Assembly (NCBI RefSeq): GCF_004010195.1
Contig: NC_057719.1
Span: 39,906,872 to 39,970,871 of the forward strand
Length of the DNA: 64,000 nucleotides
From: Chiloscyllium plagiosum
Lineage: Eukaryota
Direction of reading: 5' to 3'
Made by a program: the position numbers and the translations under genes
Notes under the pieces: generated by a model
Databases searched by the model: none
What the model was told of the DNA's origin: nothing
What the model saw: only the letters and a program-made list of their open reading frames with translations
Part shown: positions 39,015-51,564 of the stretch, piece after piece
How positions within the stretch are numbered: the stretch's first letter is position 1
How the letters are laid out: every line of letters begins with the position of its first letter

Positions 39015-42000
39015 TCATTTCATGATTGACTAATGCAGGATAAAGATATAGGAACAATTGAACAAAGAACAGGGTTGCCACTTCAAAGTGACATTTTCAG
39101 ATTAAAGTTAATCTATTATCTGTAAATAAACTGTTACGATTGCAATTTATTTCATTCCTAGCAATCTTTGCATAACACCAAGAACTACACACACGCAAAT
39201 TGAGGAAATGAAATGTTAGAATATGGATTTCACTTGAAGTTTATTTGATTAAATCATTGGAGTTGAACTTCGGTGACCTTTAGCATCAGAACTTTCATGT
39301 TAAAGGTCTCTGTAAAATCAATTTTATTAAGATTTGCATATTGTAATCAATATTAATCAATTTAAATTACTTTTCATTTATGCACTAAGACAGCAATTTT
39401 CAGATCTTTTCTGTTACAGGAAATTGTAAAAGAAATTGGAATGAGGATTTCATTAATTTTCAAATTCAGTTTTGATCTACTCTTTATATTTTGGTTTACA
39501 AATGCAAAAGGTAGAATAGATTAACTGAATTATGAATTACTATGCACTTATCTAAGTTGAGAGTCCTGAGATATCATCTTTGATCCTATAGCATGCAGAT
39601 TACATTGGAGAAGCCATCATAACTAAGTTCTCAAGTCTTATTAGCCAAGTACAGAGCAGCTTTGATTTGATTTTATTGTCACGTGTACTCAAGTATAAAA
39701 GTACAGGAGTACAGTGAAAAGTGCATATTGTCTTGCATGGCAGTAATAGCTGAGGTACAAATACCTAGGTACAGAATCTTAAGAACAAGGAAGGAAGAAA
39801 GAACGAACAAATATTTGCAAGGCACTAGTGTTGTCATGGTTGGTCACCCTCTTGGCTGGGGAACAAATGTGTTTAAGAAATGGAGAGAAAAATGCCTTTG
39901 AAAGTTTTTGTTCCCTTAAAATTGAGATGTACATGACAGAATATCATCTGATTATCCAATTTGTTTTGACAATGCATTGTTGCTGTAGGCACTCCTATGC
40001 TTGTACAGTAATAATGTAAAAATGCCACAAAATTCTAAATGTTATCAAATGATTTAATGCTTAAAATTCCTACCATGAAAACTTAATTTTTTGTTTGTGA
40101 GCATTGAAAAACTTCTAAAGTTCAAAGTATTATGTTTATAAGCTGTCTTTATTACTACTGTATGTATAAATGCTGTTTTGATTTTTCTGCTCATGTGAAC
40201 TTATGATTGAGAAATGAATTATCTTTGAATAGGATTACATATTTTCGAGGAATATCAAATTGAAATGCCAAAGAGGTGGTGTGCATCATGAAAATTCTGG
40301 TAGCTAGGATTTCTGTTTATTTCCCATTTGAAACATGTTTCGTCATGTTACTTGCTATTTCATAAAATTTGAGCATCCCACTTATTGTTGCCAGTTACAA
40401 CCTAAAATATTCCTTGCATGACAAAATTCACATGCACAATTTTTTTTGGGGGGGGGGAACTATATGTGGCAAATACACTTGAAAATATCATTGAGTTTAC
40501 TGTGCAGAAATTGGGAAGGATTTTAATCAGCCAGTTTCATTATCAGGTCTTGCATTTGCAAATACTTTTGATAGGTGGTTGTATCTGAACCTGTGATGAT
40601 CGGAATAATGCTGTTTCCAAGAAACTTAGTTTTGTAAGAACCAGTTAGAAATGTGTTTTGGCTAATCAGTCTGTCTTCTTTTCAATTCCATGAAGATATC
40701 CAGGAACTAGAGGTTTATCTTTTATATATTATGTAGTTTATGTTGGTACTGTGTACTGTACAGCTCTTTATATTTCTCTTGTGTTCTGTGCACTCACTTG
40801 TTCAAATATATCCTTGGTCTAATCTTTGTATTAACATAAAAGGTCTGTAAATAATATTTTGCGTGCACGCTTTTGTATTTTAAAGAAAACATAATTGCTA
40901 ACACTATTTCTGGGTCATTTATTCACTAACATATTGGCTGTCAAAAAAATTAGCATAAGATTGTTTTAATCCACCAAGTATAAAATTATCTAATTGACTA
41001 ATGCTGTTCATAACGTCTCAAGGTTTAATTCATTTTCATCTGTCTCCAGACTTTTGTTTTCACTTTTGGTTTCACTTCGGATTTAAATGCCAGAAGAGTC
41101 TATATCCAGGCTTACATGTAACTATGCCAGTGTCTGAATTACACAGTTTTATTTTGGTTGCTGTTTTGCTATTTTCTTTAAAAGCTTATCCAGAAAAATT
41201 GGCAAAGTTATCAAAAGTTACTTATACAGTCATGTGTTCCTTTTAAAGAATGAACATATTCAAATTTAATTTGTGCATTTTTAAAGTTTTATTCTGATCA
41301 TTTGCATATACTTTGAATTTGTGATTTACAGGATAATTCAAATTTTATTTGCTCATTTAATATTGGTTTGGGCTGACATTCTTCACAACATGTAGAGAAA
41401 AATGACAACCTGTCAACATGCAACATATGTAATTGATGAAAGTAAATTGATAATTTAGGATAAAGATGAATGAAAAATCTTAAATTATTTAGGCAAGATT
41501 TGAGAAAACAGTAAGAAAGATTTACAATGTTTTGCTATGGAAAAGTTATTTCTATACAGTGGTATTAAAATAAAATCCCGGTGTTTTAAGTTGACTGCCC
41601 CTTCACAGATAGTGCTTACAAGATTTAAGAAGATCATCTGCTCTGCCTCACTCTTGTTCTCACATGTATACTTCCCTTCATACCTCAATTGCTCAACTAT
41701 GAACTTCAGTGCTTATTAAATCAAAATTATGTTGGTCAGTACTAATTTTTGTAGAGATAATTTGATGTTGCGGTGCCGAAACTGGTACGACCAAGGTTGG
41801 ATGAGTGTGCACTCTCTCTCTTCCCACTGCTCCACTGACCACACTTCGCCAATGTGGTCACTTATACACTTTATACAGTATTAGATTTAAAATAAAAAAG
41901 ATCCATCAACCAGATTTCTTTTAATAAGTAACAAAATTATTGATCCATTATGAAAACAACACTTATTTGACAAAGCTGCAAAATTGATTAACACAGTTTG

Positions 42001-42229
42001 AAATGTCAAAGTATAAGTATTCACCTTCTAGATACATGCAGGAGCACACACACATGCACCTAAAGAATAAATAAACTTTTTCTGCAATGAATACATTGGA
42101 GAAAAGCATTTAGGACAAATATTTGTTACTTCTCAGAATAAAAATATAAGGTTATGTGCTTTGATAAGGAGAACAGATGAGGTGACCATTTCGTTGGTGG
42201 TAAGAAATGTGTGGATGTTCAAGGGGCTA

Positions 42230-43580
42230 TGTATGTTTATGTCAATAAGTCACTGAAGACTAATGTGCAGACAGTTAAGATGGCTAATGGTATGTTAGTC
42301 TTTATTGCAAGAGTGTTCAAGTACCAGAGTAGTGAAGTCATGCTTCAGTTGTACAGAACCTTGGTTAGATCATTGTAGAGTGCTGTGTGTAGTTTTTGTC
42401 CCCTTACCTTAGGAAGGATATTGTTACCCCAAGGAAGGGCAATAAAGGTTTACCAGATTTGTTCCCAGATGACAGTTCTGTCCTCTGAAGAGAGTGTGGG
42501 AAAACTGGGTCTGTATTTTGTAGAGTTTCAAAGAATGAAAGGTGATCTTGTTGAAACTTAAATATTTAAAGGGTTAGACAGGGCAGATACAATAAGATAT
42601 TTCCACTGGTTAGTAAAGGATAGAACCAGGGAAGGTAACTTTAAAATATAAGGAAGGCCATTTTGAACGAAGCTGGGTAGAATTTTGATCTTTTGAAATT
42701 CTTTACCCTACAGGGCAACAGAAGCATGATCGCTGAGTATGTTTAAAGCAGAGATTCACATATTTTTAAATACAAATGAATTAAAGGGGTAAGGAGATAA
42801 TATCAGAGAGATGAGCATTAAAGTGGATGATCAGCCATGATCCTATTGGTTATGAAATTCTCTGTGACAAAGTGGTGAGGCCAAATTGTTGAGAATTTTC
42901 AGAAAGAGATTAAATAGTCCTTGGGGCTAAGGCATCAAAAGGTATGGGGAGAAACAGGGAACAGGATACCAAGTTGGATGTTGGTCATGATTGTATTGAA
43001 TGGTGGAGGAGGCTGGAAGGGCCAAATGGCCTTTTCCTCCCTCCTATTTTCCAATTTCTATGTAATATTTATGTTAAATGGAAGAGCAGGCTGAATGGGC
43101 TGACACCTGCTTTAGTGTTCCTAACATACAGGCATGGGCGAAAAGCAAAACAAATATTGCCAGGGATGAGACTCAGCTTCTCTGGTCTATCCATGTAACT
43201 CCTTAAAAAAGAATTCAGAGGAGATTTGTTAGAAGTGTTCAAATCTTAAGGAGTCTGGGCAGGATAGATGGGAAGCAACTTGCCAGTTTTGCTGAAGGCG
43301 CAAGAACTAGAGGACATCAAGTTGAGGTGATTGAATGCCAAAAATGTGACTTGAATTTTGATTTTTGTCTGCTTGGTGGTTTGAATTTGGAATCCACTCC
43401 CTGAAAAAGTGGTGGAAGCAAAATTAATTGTTACTCTCGAAAGGATATTGAATACTTATTTGAAGGGCAAAAAAGAAGTGATGATTTAGTTAATGGGCAA
43501 GTGGAACTCCATGGGTTGTTCTTTCAGTGTCGGCAGGCACACAGTGTACCGAATGCCTGCCTTTTGTACAGTAACCATTA
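42230..43580 (+). mobile_element. Old CR1-type LINE 3' fragments (several stacked tails)
   Basis: ANGMLVFIAR, LQLYRTLVR and RMKGDLVET segments; tail AAGGGCCAAATGGCCT. Confidence 0.65.
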
Positions 43581-44839
43581 AATAATATTCTGAAAATCCA
43601 CACAGCCCGATTACTGAGAAAATAGCCTTAAGTTTCACTAAATTAGAATATTAAAAACACTGAAAGGATATTGGCTTTCATGCTATCAGTTTTTATTATC
43701 AACTCTGATTCCATTGTTGAAGAGTTGTTTAATAATGTGCTTTAAATATTGTACGCAATTACTGCATTAAATATTTGAATTATAGATGTGCTAACATAAT
43801 TTTTTACCAAATAACTTGGTGGTTTAATATACTAACAAACAAAAGCTTTTCTGTGATGGTAGCTAAATCTTACAATTTTGAATACTTTTAAACAGCATTA
43901 AATGTAGTTTCTTTTTGAAGCACATCATTGACTTGGAACTAATTTAAGGTTTCCTTTTCTTAGCCGTCTAGTTTTTTATTGATTTTCTTTTGAGGCATTC
44001 TTTTAATTAATTCTTTAATTATTCTTTGACCTTGGGATTAGAAGATTGTCTTTTACCAAGGTTTATTTCTGTATTTGAGACCTTTAATAGGAATTGCATG
44101 GGTTCTTCCTCCCAGTTTATGTACTTGTAAAAATTCAAGTCAGATACTCCCACATAACATGGTGGTGATTAGAAAATTGTCTTGAAAGGGAGAACACATA
44201 GAGTACTAATTAACAATATTACATTTTCAACAAAATGATGGAAATTTTAGGAATTCTGCAATGGGATTCGCATCCACTTAAATCCCACCCCTTATTAGAA
44301 CCAGCAATCTGTGAAATCAATTGATATGGCAAGAACTTTTCCTTTTCTGCTCTAATTGCTGTTAGAAACTAAACAAAGTTGCACCTTGACCAGTCAGGTG
44401 TAACTTTTGTTTTAAGTGATATATTGATTAATAATCATATTGCTGAAGAACAAGACTGGATTAAAAATAATCATTTGTGAAATGCTCTAATTTTAAATTG
44501 AAAGCTTTGAAAACCATGCTTGTTAGTATTTCAGCATCATCCCTCCAATCATCTGCTAATCTTAATTTTAATCCATATAAAATGTTTTCAACATGATTTG
44601 GTTTTGGTTCTTTTCATTCCTAATTCGCTGTGGAAAATTTTAAAGTTATTGACAGCTTGATAACATGAGCAAGTCTGTGCTGGGAATCTCCTTTTAAACT
44701 GTACTGCAATTAGCTTTACATCAACAGCCTTAAAACTCCCACCATAGAGTATGTGATCTCTGAGGCTTTCTTTGATGTTACTAGTGAAGTCTCATAGTGA
44801 TCAGTGCTGTGATTTCAATATTTTACAAGCCATATAATT

Positions 44840-45470
44840 GATTTTGATGAAAGGATTAAATGTATGTAACAAAATTTTCTGATGTTGCAAATAAGTAGGA
44901 AAGTAGATTGTCAAATCTGCAGAGGGATACAGATAGATTAAGTGAAAGGACAAAGTAAAAATAGATGGTGTATAATGTAGAAATTATCCTTTTTGGCTGG
45001 AACTATAGAAAAGCAGGATATAATTTCAATGGAGAAAGACTGCAGATATTATTAATACAAAGGGAATGGGTGTCTTGGTGTAATCATCACAAAAAGCTTG
45101 TATGAGGTGCAGCAAGGGATTAGAAAAGCAGACGTGTTGTTAATTATTGCTTGTGGAATAGGAGGACGGAAGTATTACTACAACAGTGCAGGGCCTTGGC
45201 TAGACTGTATTGTATTCAGTTTTTGGTTTCTTTTGATTAAAGAATATAATTGGATTACAAACAGTCCAGATAATTTGATCACTCAACTGATTCCTGGGAT
45301 GAAATGATTAGCTTATGAAGAAAGGTTGAGCAGATTGGACCTTAACCATTGAAGTTTAGAAGAATGAGAAGTGATCTTGTTAAATACAAGATCCCTAGTG
45401 GTCTTGATGGAATTTTCCTGAGAGAATGTTACCTCTTGCAGGGGTGTTTGGATTATGTGGACATGGTCTG
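44840..45470 (+). mobile_element. Old CR1-type LINE fragment
   Basis: LQRDTDRLSE-like and FRRMRSDL-like segments. Confidence 0.6.
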
Positions 45471-45477
45471 AAAAATA

Positions 45478-45773
45478 GGTGGTACGGTAGCTCAGTGGTT
45501 CGCACTGCTGCCTCACAGAAACAGGGTCCCAGGTTAGATTCCAGACTCGGGATACTGTTTGTGTGGAGTTTGCACTTTCTTCCCGTGTCTGCGTGGGTTT
45601 CCTCCGGATGCTCCGGTTTCCTCCCACAGTCCAAAGATGTGCAGGTCAGGTGAATTGGTCATGCTAAATTACCCATAGTGTTAGGTGCATTAGTCAGAGG
45701 GAAATGTGTCTGGGTCGGTGTGGACTTGTTGGGTCAAAGGGCCTGTTTCCGCACTGTAGGGAATCTAATCTAA
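45478..45773 (+). mobile_element. HE1-type V-SINE
   Basis: GGTAGCTCAGTGGTTCGCACTGCTGCCTCACAG head, V-domain, AATCTAATCT tail. Confidence 0.9.
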
Positions 45774-46819
45774 TTTAAGAATGAATAAGGATTTTTTTTC
45801 TGAGGACTTTGAATATATTTAAGACTTGATTAGTTAGAGTTTTGATCAGCAAAGAATATGGGAGCAAAATGGAATGTGGAGCTGAGATCAGCTTTGAGTT
45901 TATTGATTGGGTGGACTCCAGGGACCACTTGCCGACTTCAAATTGTTCTTGAGATCAGCAACAAGCGTGATTGCTTCACTGCTTCTGACCATTCTGTTCT
46001 AATCTCCACACAAATACATCCACATATCAGAGTATATTTATATATGTATAACAGTGTGTATGCAATAATTTTTAAGTCAACAACTGCGACAGCTGTCTTT
46101 CCTCTGCCTCTTCCATCCCTTTCCTCCTCTTCTCTTCCCTCCTTCCTCCTGTTCTCCCCCCGCCCCCCAAAAGAAAACTCTTCCCCTTCTCCCTCCTTTC
46201 CCAATATCCCCCCCCAACATTTCTGCACACCCAACCTTGAGCATAGACAGGAAAACTCCATTAATCCATCCACCCTGTTCCTGGCAATTGCACTACCTCA
46301 TACATTACTCCCAATCTATCTGAGAGACACTGTCTCATGGAAAATGCAGACCAATTAGGGGAAAGAATGAAAATCTTTTTTCCAGTTCTTTTAGATGATC
46401 ATATAGTTCAGGTGACCACTTTGGCCTAAATTATTGCTATACAAACATACAATTTTTAGGTAATCCATGCCTCAACCAGAAACTGATCCAATCTTTGCCC
46501 AAAGGACTTCAGCAACTTGACTTTTCATGAGCGGGCAGCTGGTTCCAAAGGGCCAATATTCTATATGACACTAATCAAGCCTTAACATTCAATATCAATC
46601 TGGCCATGCATATCTTGATACTCCCTTATCACAGAAGCTGCAGAAAGGTAATCTATTCCTTTCATTACCTGATAAACTTTGATCAAATCACTTGAGTCTG
46701 TGTAGAGTGCTAGTTCTTTTGCTATCCTGATAACTAAGATAGTTCACACTGAAAATGAATCTTTTGGCCTTCCTGTTATGGATGTAAAATGTTTCACAGC
46801 ATTATTTTGGTACTATTTC

Positions 46820-47030
46820 TCAGCACAGCAGAAAGGTTTTGGTTAATGCCCTCACCAGTATTTATTTTTAAATGAACATCACTAAAATAGAATATCTGGT
46901 TATTATCACATTACTGTTTGAGGTATGTTGCTGCATTTTCTACTTTACAACAGTGACTACACTTCAGGAATAAATTAACTGCAATGCTCTGTGTCAAAGC
47001 AGAAAAGTACCATACAAGTGCGTGTTTTCC
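46820..47030 (+). mobile_element. DeuSINE/SacSINE1-like 3' remnant
   Basis: AACATCACTAAAATAGAATATCTGGTTATTATCACATTACTGTTTG...ACAACAGTGACTACACTTCA. Confidence 0.6.
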
Positions 47031-47347
47031 TGTATTATTTCCCTACGTTCTCTCTTTCTTTTCTCTCCAGTTGCTATCTATGCTTGCTTTTGTCTAAACC
47101 CCTTCCTGCTAGCTTTTGGCACTGGTTCTCTTCTCCACTTTTAAGGGCGGCATAATAGTGCTGGTACATCCAACAGATGAGTTTAGTTATTCACAGATTT
47201 AATCATGTGTTGGAATAATAAATGATGAGCAGCATGTGTGATCTTCATTTGACCTAGAAATACTGTTTGTGTAATTTCCTCAAACAATTGAAACTGTTGA
47301 AGCTTTTGCAACAGTTTGACTTGCTTCTTCTTTTTTTTGTCTGCCAG

Positions 47348-47353
47348 GCATAG
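47348..47353 (+). CDS. klc1: Candidate alternative terminal exon of the short KLC1 isoform (Ala-stop)
   Basis: Strong polypyrimidine tract TTGCTTCTTCTTTTTTTTGTCTGCCAG then GCA TAG in phase 0. Mammalian short KLC1 isoforms end in a single Ala after exon 12 (recalled). AATAAA at 48046 and 48356. Confidence 0.65.
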   Translation, partial: A

Positions 47354-48355
47354 GTGCTCTTTGTGATACTAATATTTCCCGGCATGAAGGGCATGCACCA
47401 TCTTGAGGCTTAACTTCTGTGCATTATTGCAATCTGTAACTTTGTCTACACTATATTTTGTTTATTGAGAACTGTTTCAAGGCTGTTGTAATTCTGCGAT
47501 ATTCTTGTAGTTTATTGTATACCTGTAGCCTTGACATATCTGTTTAAAACTGTGTATTCCTTTCCACAATTGACTGATTTTTGCATTAATAGAACTGCCA
47601 GCAGATTATAATTCATATGAGACCCATACTTTAAAATCAAAACATATACTTAAAACTAAGCTGTTCTAATTTTATTAGTCATGTTTGTAAATTCAGGCAT
47701 ATGTGAGCGCCATTTGAGCATTTTATGGCTTGGCATCTCTGTTATGTAATTGCAAGGTAGATTTCTAATGCTTTGTCCTACAAAAAAGACCAGTAATGGT
47801 TACTCTCAAATGAAGAAAAATATTGATTAAATAGTATGGCATGATATACAGCCAGAATCTCTTATTTAAAATAGGAGGCATGTTATTTGTCCTCAATTCA
47901 TTAACTTAGTGCCTATTAAGAATGTTGTTAAAATGTTTTTATTCTGGGTGAAATTCATGTTTAAATTGGTGCATTAGTAAACTGATCTCTGCTGATTTCT
48001 CGAGTGTCTAGTGGTATGTGTGATTGTCTTTTTTTTCTAGCTCTTAATAAACTAGTTCAATGTCTCACTAATTTGTCTTTGCCTCTGGTCTGCTTACTTC
48101 TTCAGTCTACCCTGCATATAGCATTCTAGAACTCCAGGATTTTCTAAATAGAACATAAAAATTGTGCTGTCACATTTATAAAGTTATTTTTCTACCCTAC
48201 AACATAGGACGGCCTAACTTGCGTATAACTGTTAATCAATCTTAATCATTTTTGACGAAGCAGACTTGCGCTTTATTTTTCGTCAAGTTTTCACTGAATA
48301 ATAGGTAGGAAAATTGTCAGGGTTTTTTTCTACCTGTATTTCATAACTGAAGAGA

Positions 48356-48361
48356 AATAAA
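48356..48361 (+). terminator. Candidate polyadenylation signal for the short isoform 3'UTR
   Basis: AATAAA followed by GT/T-rich sequence, about 1 kb after the Ala-stop exon; alternative AATAAA at 48046. Confidence 0.4.
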
Positions 48362-48849
48362 TGTATTGGGTTTTATAATACAATGAAGTTTAATCAGATT
48401 GGTGAAGGTTTTAATGCATTTAAACACAGCTGAAAGATTCTATTTTCTTATGTTACTAAGATTTTTATGGGTTATAGAAGCACTCCCTTTTTGACATGAA
48501 CAACAATTTTATCCATAGTTTAATTTTTTTGTAATACCTTTTGAAAGGAGAGGAAATAATTGAAAGGATAAAACTTCAAGATAATTTTAATTTGATGTTG
48601 CATAATTAACAAATGATTTCTAAGAAGGTAAGTTTGGTCTTTTCTCCCTCCTGAAAAACTAATAGACCTTCTTTAAAAGCAGTATTAGCACATATTAAGT
48701 AGCATCTATAGCATAGAAATAGGCCACTAGTTCATCTCACCTTATCAATATGTCCTCTATTCTGTTCTTTATTCTGCTTTCCTTCTTGTACTTTTCCAGC
48801 ATACCCTTCAATGTGGCAGCGATATTCAGCACAATTACTCGATATAATA

Positions 48850-49030
48850 AAAACAAAAGTATTGCGGATACTGTAGATCTGAAACAAAAGCAGAAGGACC
48901 TGGAGAAACCAAGCAGCTGTGGCACAATTAGTTTTGAGTGAATCCTATTGGACTTGGCGTTAATTTTGATTCTTTATCCACAGATGCTGCCAGACCTGCT
49001 GAGTTTATCCAAAAACTTTGTTTTTACTTA
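48850..49030. mobile_element. Old palindromic PLE-derived mini-element
   Basis: Inverted tail at left (TGCGGATACTG..ATCTGAAACAAAA) and forward CAGATGCTGCCAGACCTGCTGAGTTT at right. Confidence 0.5.
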
Positions 49031-49504
49031 TTGCACTGATTAGTTTCACATTTCAAGTTGAGTAACTACATTTTTCGTAATTTCTTTATTGGCTTTATTA
49101 GTGACTACTTTGTACCTGTAATCCATAGTTTTGTACTGGTTTCACAAGTAGTAACATCTCCTCTACATCTACATTATCGAATCCGTCCATGATTACCTTT
49201 AAATGTTCTCTTTCTAGGGAAGAAGAGACCCAGCATGTTCAGATAGTTCTGACTTCTCAGTTCAGGATTTATTGTCCTTGTACATCTCTTAACTTTCTCT
49301 GAAGCTTTTATACTTTGTAATTAGTAAATGACAAAAGTGCATGGCACTCAATGTATTTCACATTCAAATAAGAGATGGATAAAACCATAATAAACTTTTC
49401 TTCCAAGTAATGATGCATTGATAAATGTCACATTGTAATCATTGATAATATTTCATATCTTGAAAACATTATAGAAAATCTTAGAATAGATTTGCATTCT
49501 GCTT

Positions 49505-49935
49505 AGACTATAAGATATAGGAGCAGAATTGAGCCATTTGGCCCATTTGAGTCTGCTCTGCCACTCAATCGTGACTGACCTATTTCTCAACCCCATTCTC
49601 TTGCTTTCTCCCTGTAACCCTTGATCCCCTCACTAATCAAAAACCTATCTATCTCTGTCTGAAAGACACTCTGCCTTAGCCTCCACATTGTTCTGCAGCA
49701 GTGAGTACCAGAGATTCTCCATTCTCTGGCTGAGTTCTTCTTCATCTCAGTTTTAGAAGGTCATCCCTTCACTCAGAGGCTGCGCTGTCAGGTCCTAGTC
49801 TCTCCTACTAGTGGAAATGTTATCTTCATGTCCAGTTTATCCAGACCTGTCTGTTTTCTGTATGTTTCAATGAGATCTCCCTCATCCTTCTAAATTCCAT
49901 CTTGTACAGACATGGAGTCAACAACTGCACCTCAA
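49505..49935 (-). mobile_element. CR1-type LINE 3' fragment
   Basis: ATAAGATATAGGAGCAGAATT..GCCATTTGGCCC tail; minus strand FRRMREIS-like segment. Confidence 0.7.
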
Positions 49936-51330
49936 GCTTCTCCTTTAAAGACCCTGAATTTGGAGTCTAGGGAGTTTCTGTTAACCAGTTATGGTAACTG
50001 TGGAAGAGATAAAATGCTGCATAGAGATTAGAGTACTAATTGTTGAAGGGCAACCTCAAGTATGTATTTCTTGATCTTTAGAGTTTGCACCCACTGACAC
50101 TAATGTATACAAATTATTGATCAAGGTTTGATTATTTGTTCATGTCAAATAAATTCAAACTTGACATACTTGAAGTGCTATACTTAGCGTTGATGCCCTG
50201 TTCTAGGGAGGTGAAAAGAATCAAATTGTTATTCAGTGACCCCTTCCAGAAAAATATTCAGCTTGAACTCACTCAGTGGTGATGTTCTACAAGCAAGTAG
50301 TCCATCGTTAGTTTTTTCCGAATTGACACCTAATAAATGACCAATCAGGTGAAGTATCAGAGATCTTGATGCATATGGAACTACAGCAAAAGTAGATATG
50401 TTGAGGAAGAGAAAAAGAAACAAATTTAAAGGAGCACATTGTTGTGTAACTATATAATAAACACAGCATGAAAAGTAATCAGACCGTGCATCTGGATACA
50501 GGAGTACTTATTTCTAACTTTTCTTGAGGTTCTACTTTGGCCAGAGAGCTCAGTAATTCATTTTAGCTAGAATTTGAAATATGTAATGATAACCACTAAA
50601 TGTGCCATGTGAGGTATACAAGTATTGAACTGCATTTGGAAGATAATTTAGTTGCTTTGTTTGAGAAAATACAGCAAACGTGAATTCAAGATTAAGTTTT
50701 TTTTAAAATTTATTTTTAATTGATTAACAATTTAATTTTAGGAATATTCAAGACAAATTAATATTATTTTTCATGGCTTATCTAAAAGGCAATAAACTAA
50801 GTTTTAAGACATATTATATTCATAATATCAAACGTATTAAATAATAGATGATATTGGGTGCCTAATTAATGTGAGTAACAGATGTATGAACAATATAAAT
50901 TATATTGACCATTATAACTTATTGATTTGCAATGATTGATTATCCCTGTTGAAAAGTATAGGAATTATATATGTTATAATACAATTCATTATGTAGGTCA
51001 GATTTAGAATAAAGAATTTGTAAATACTTCTCAGGCTAAAGCAGTATTCCTGGACAGAAGAATAGATTTCAGTCTTCGGATCAGAACTGATTAGATTCAA
51101 AATATGTGTTGTGAATATTTGACTTAATTCAATAATTGGGATCTTTGAATAGATTTTTAATTGGAAAATTATTTTGTATGATGTAGTCATTTTAAAAACC
51201 TTCATAGTTGAATTTTGAAGCTAGTAGATATGGTGTACATGCAATAAATTGTGTGTAAATTGGTTGTAGGGTGGGTTCCTTCCCATCTCATTTGAAAGAG
51301 GAATATGGAACTTCTTAGTAACTTGAATAA

Positions 51331-51564
<234 letters not shown>

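Noticed and set aside
45858..46358. 166-aa ORF and the antiparallel 111-aa ORF
   Set aside because: Low-complexity products of a CT-rich tract (about 46095-46230); no recognisable domain or splice context.
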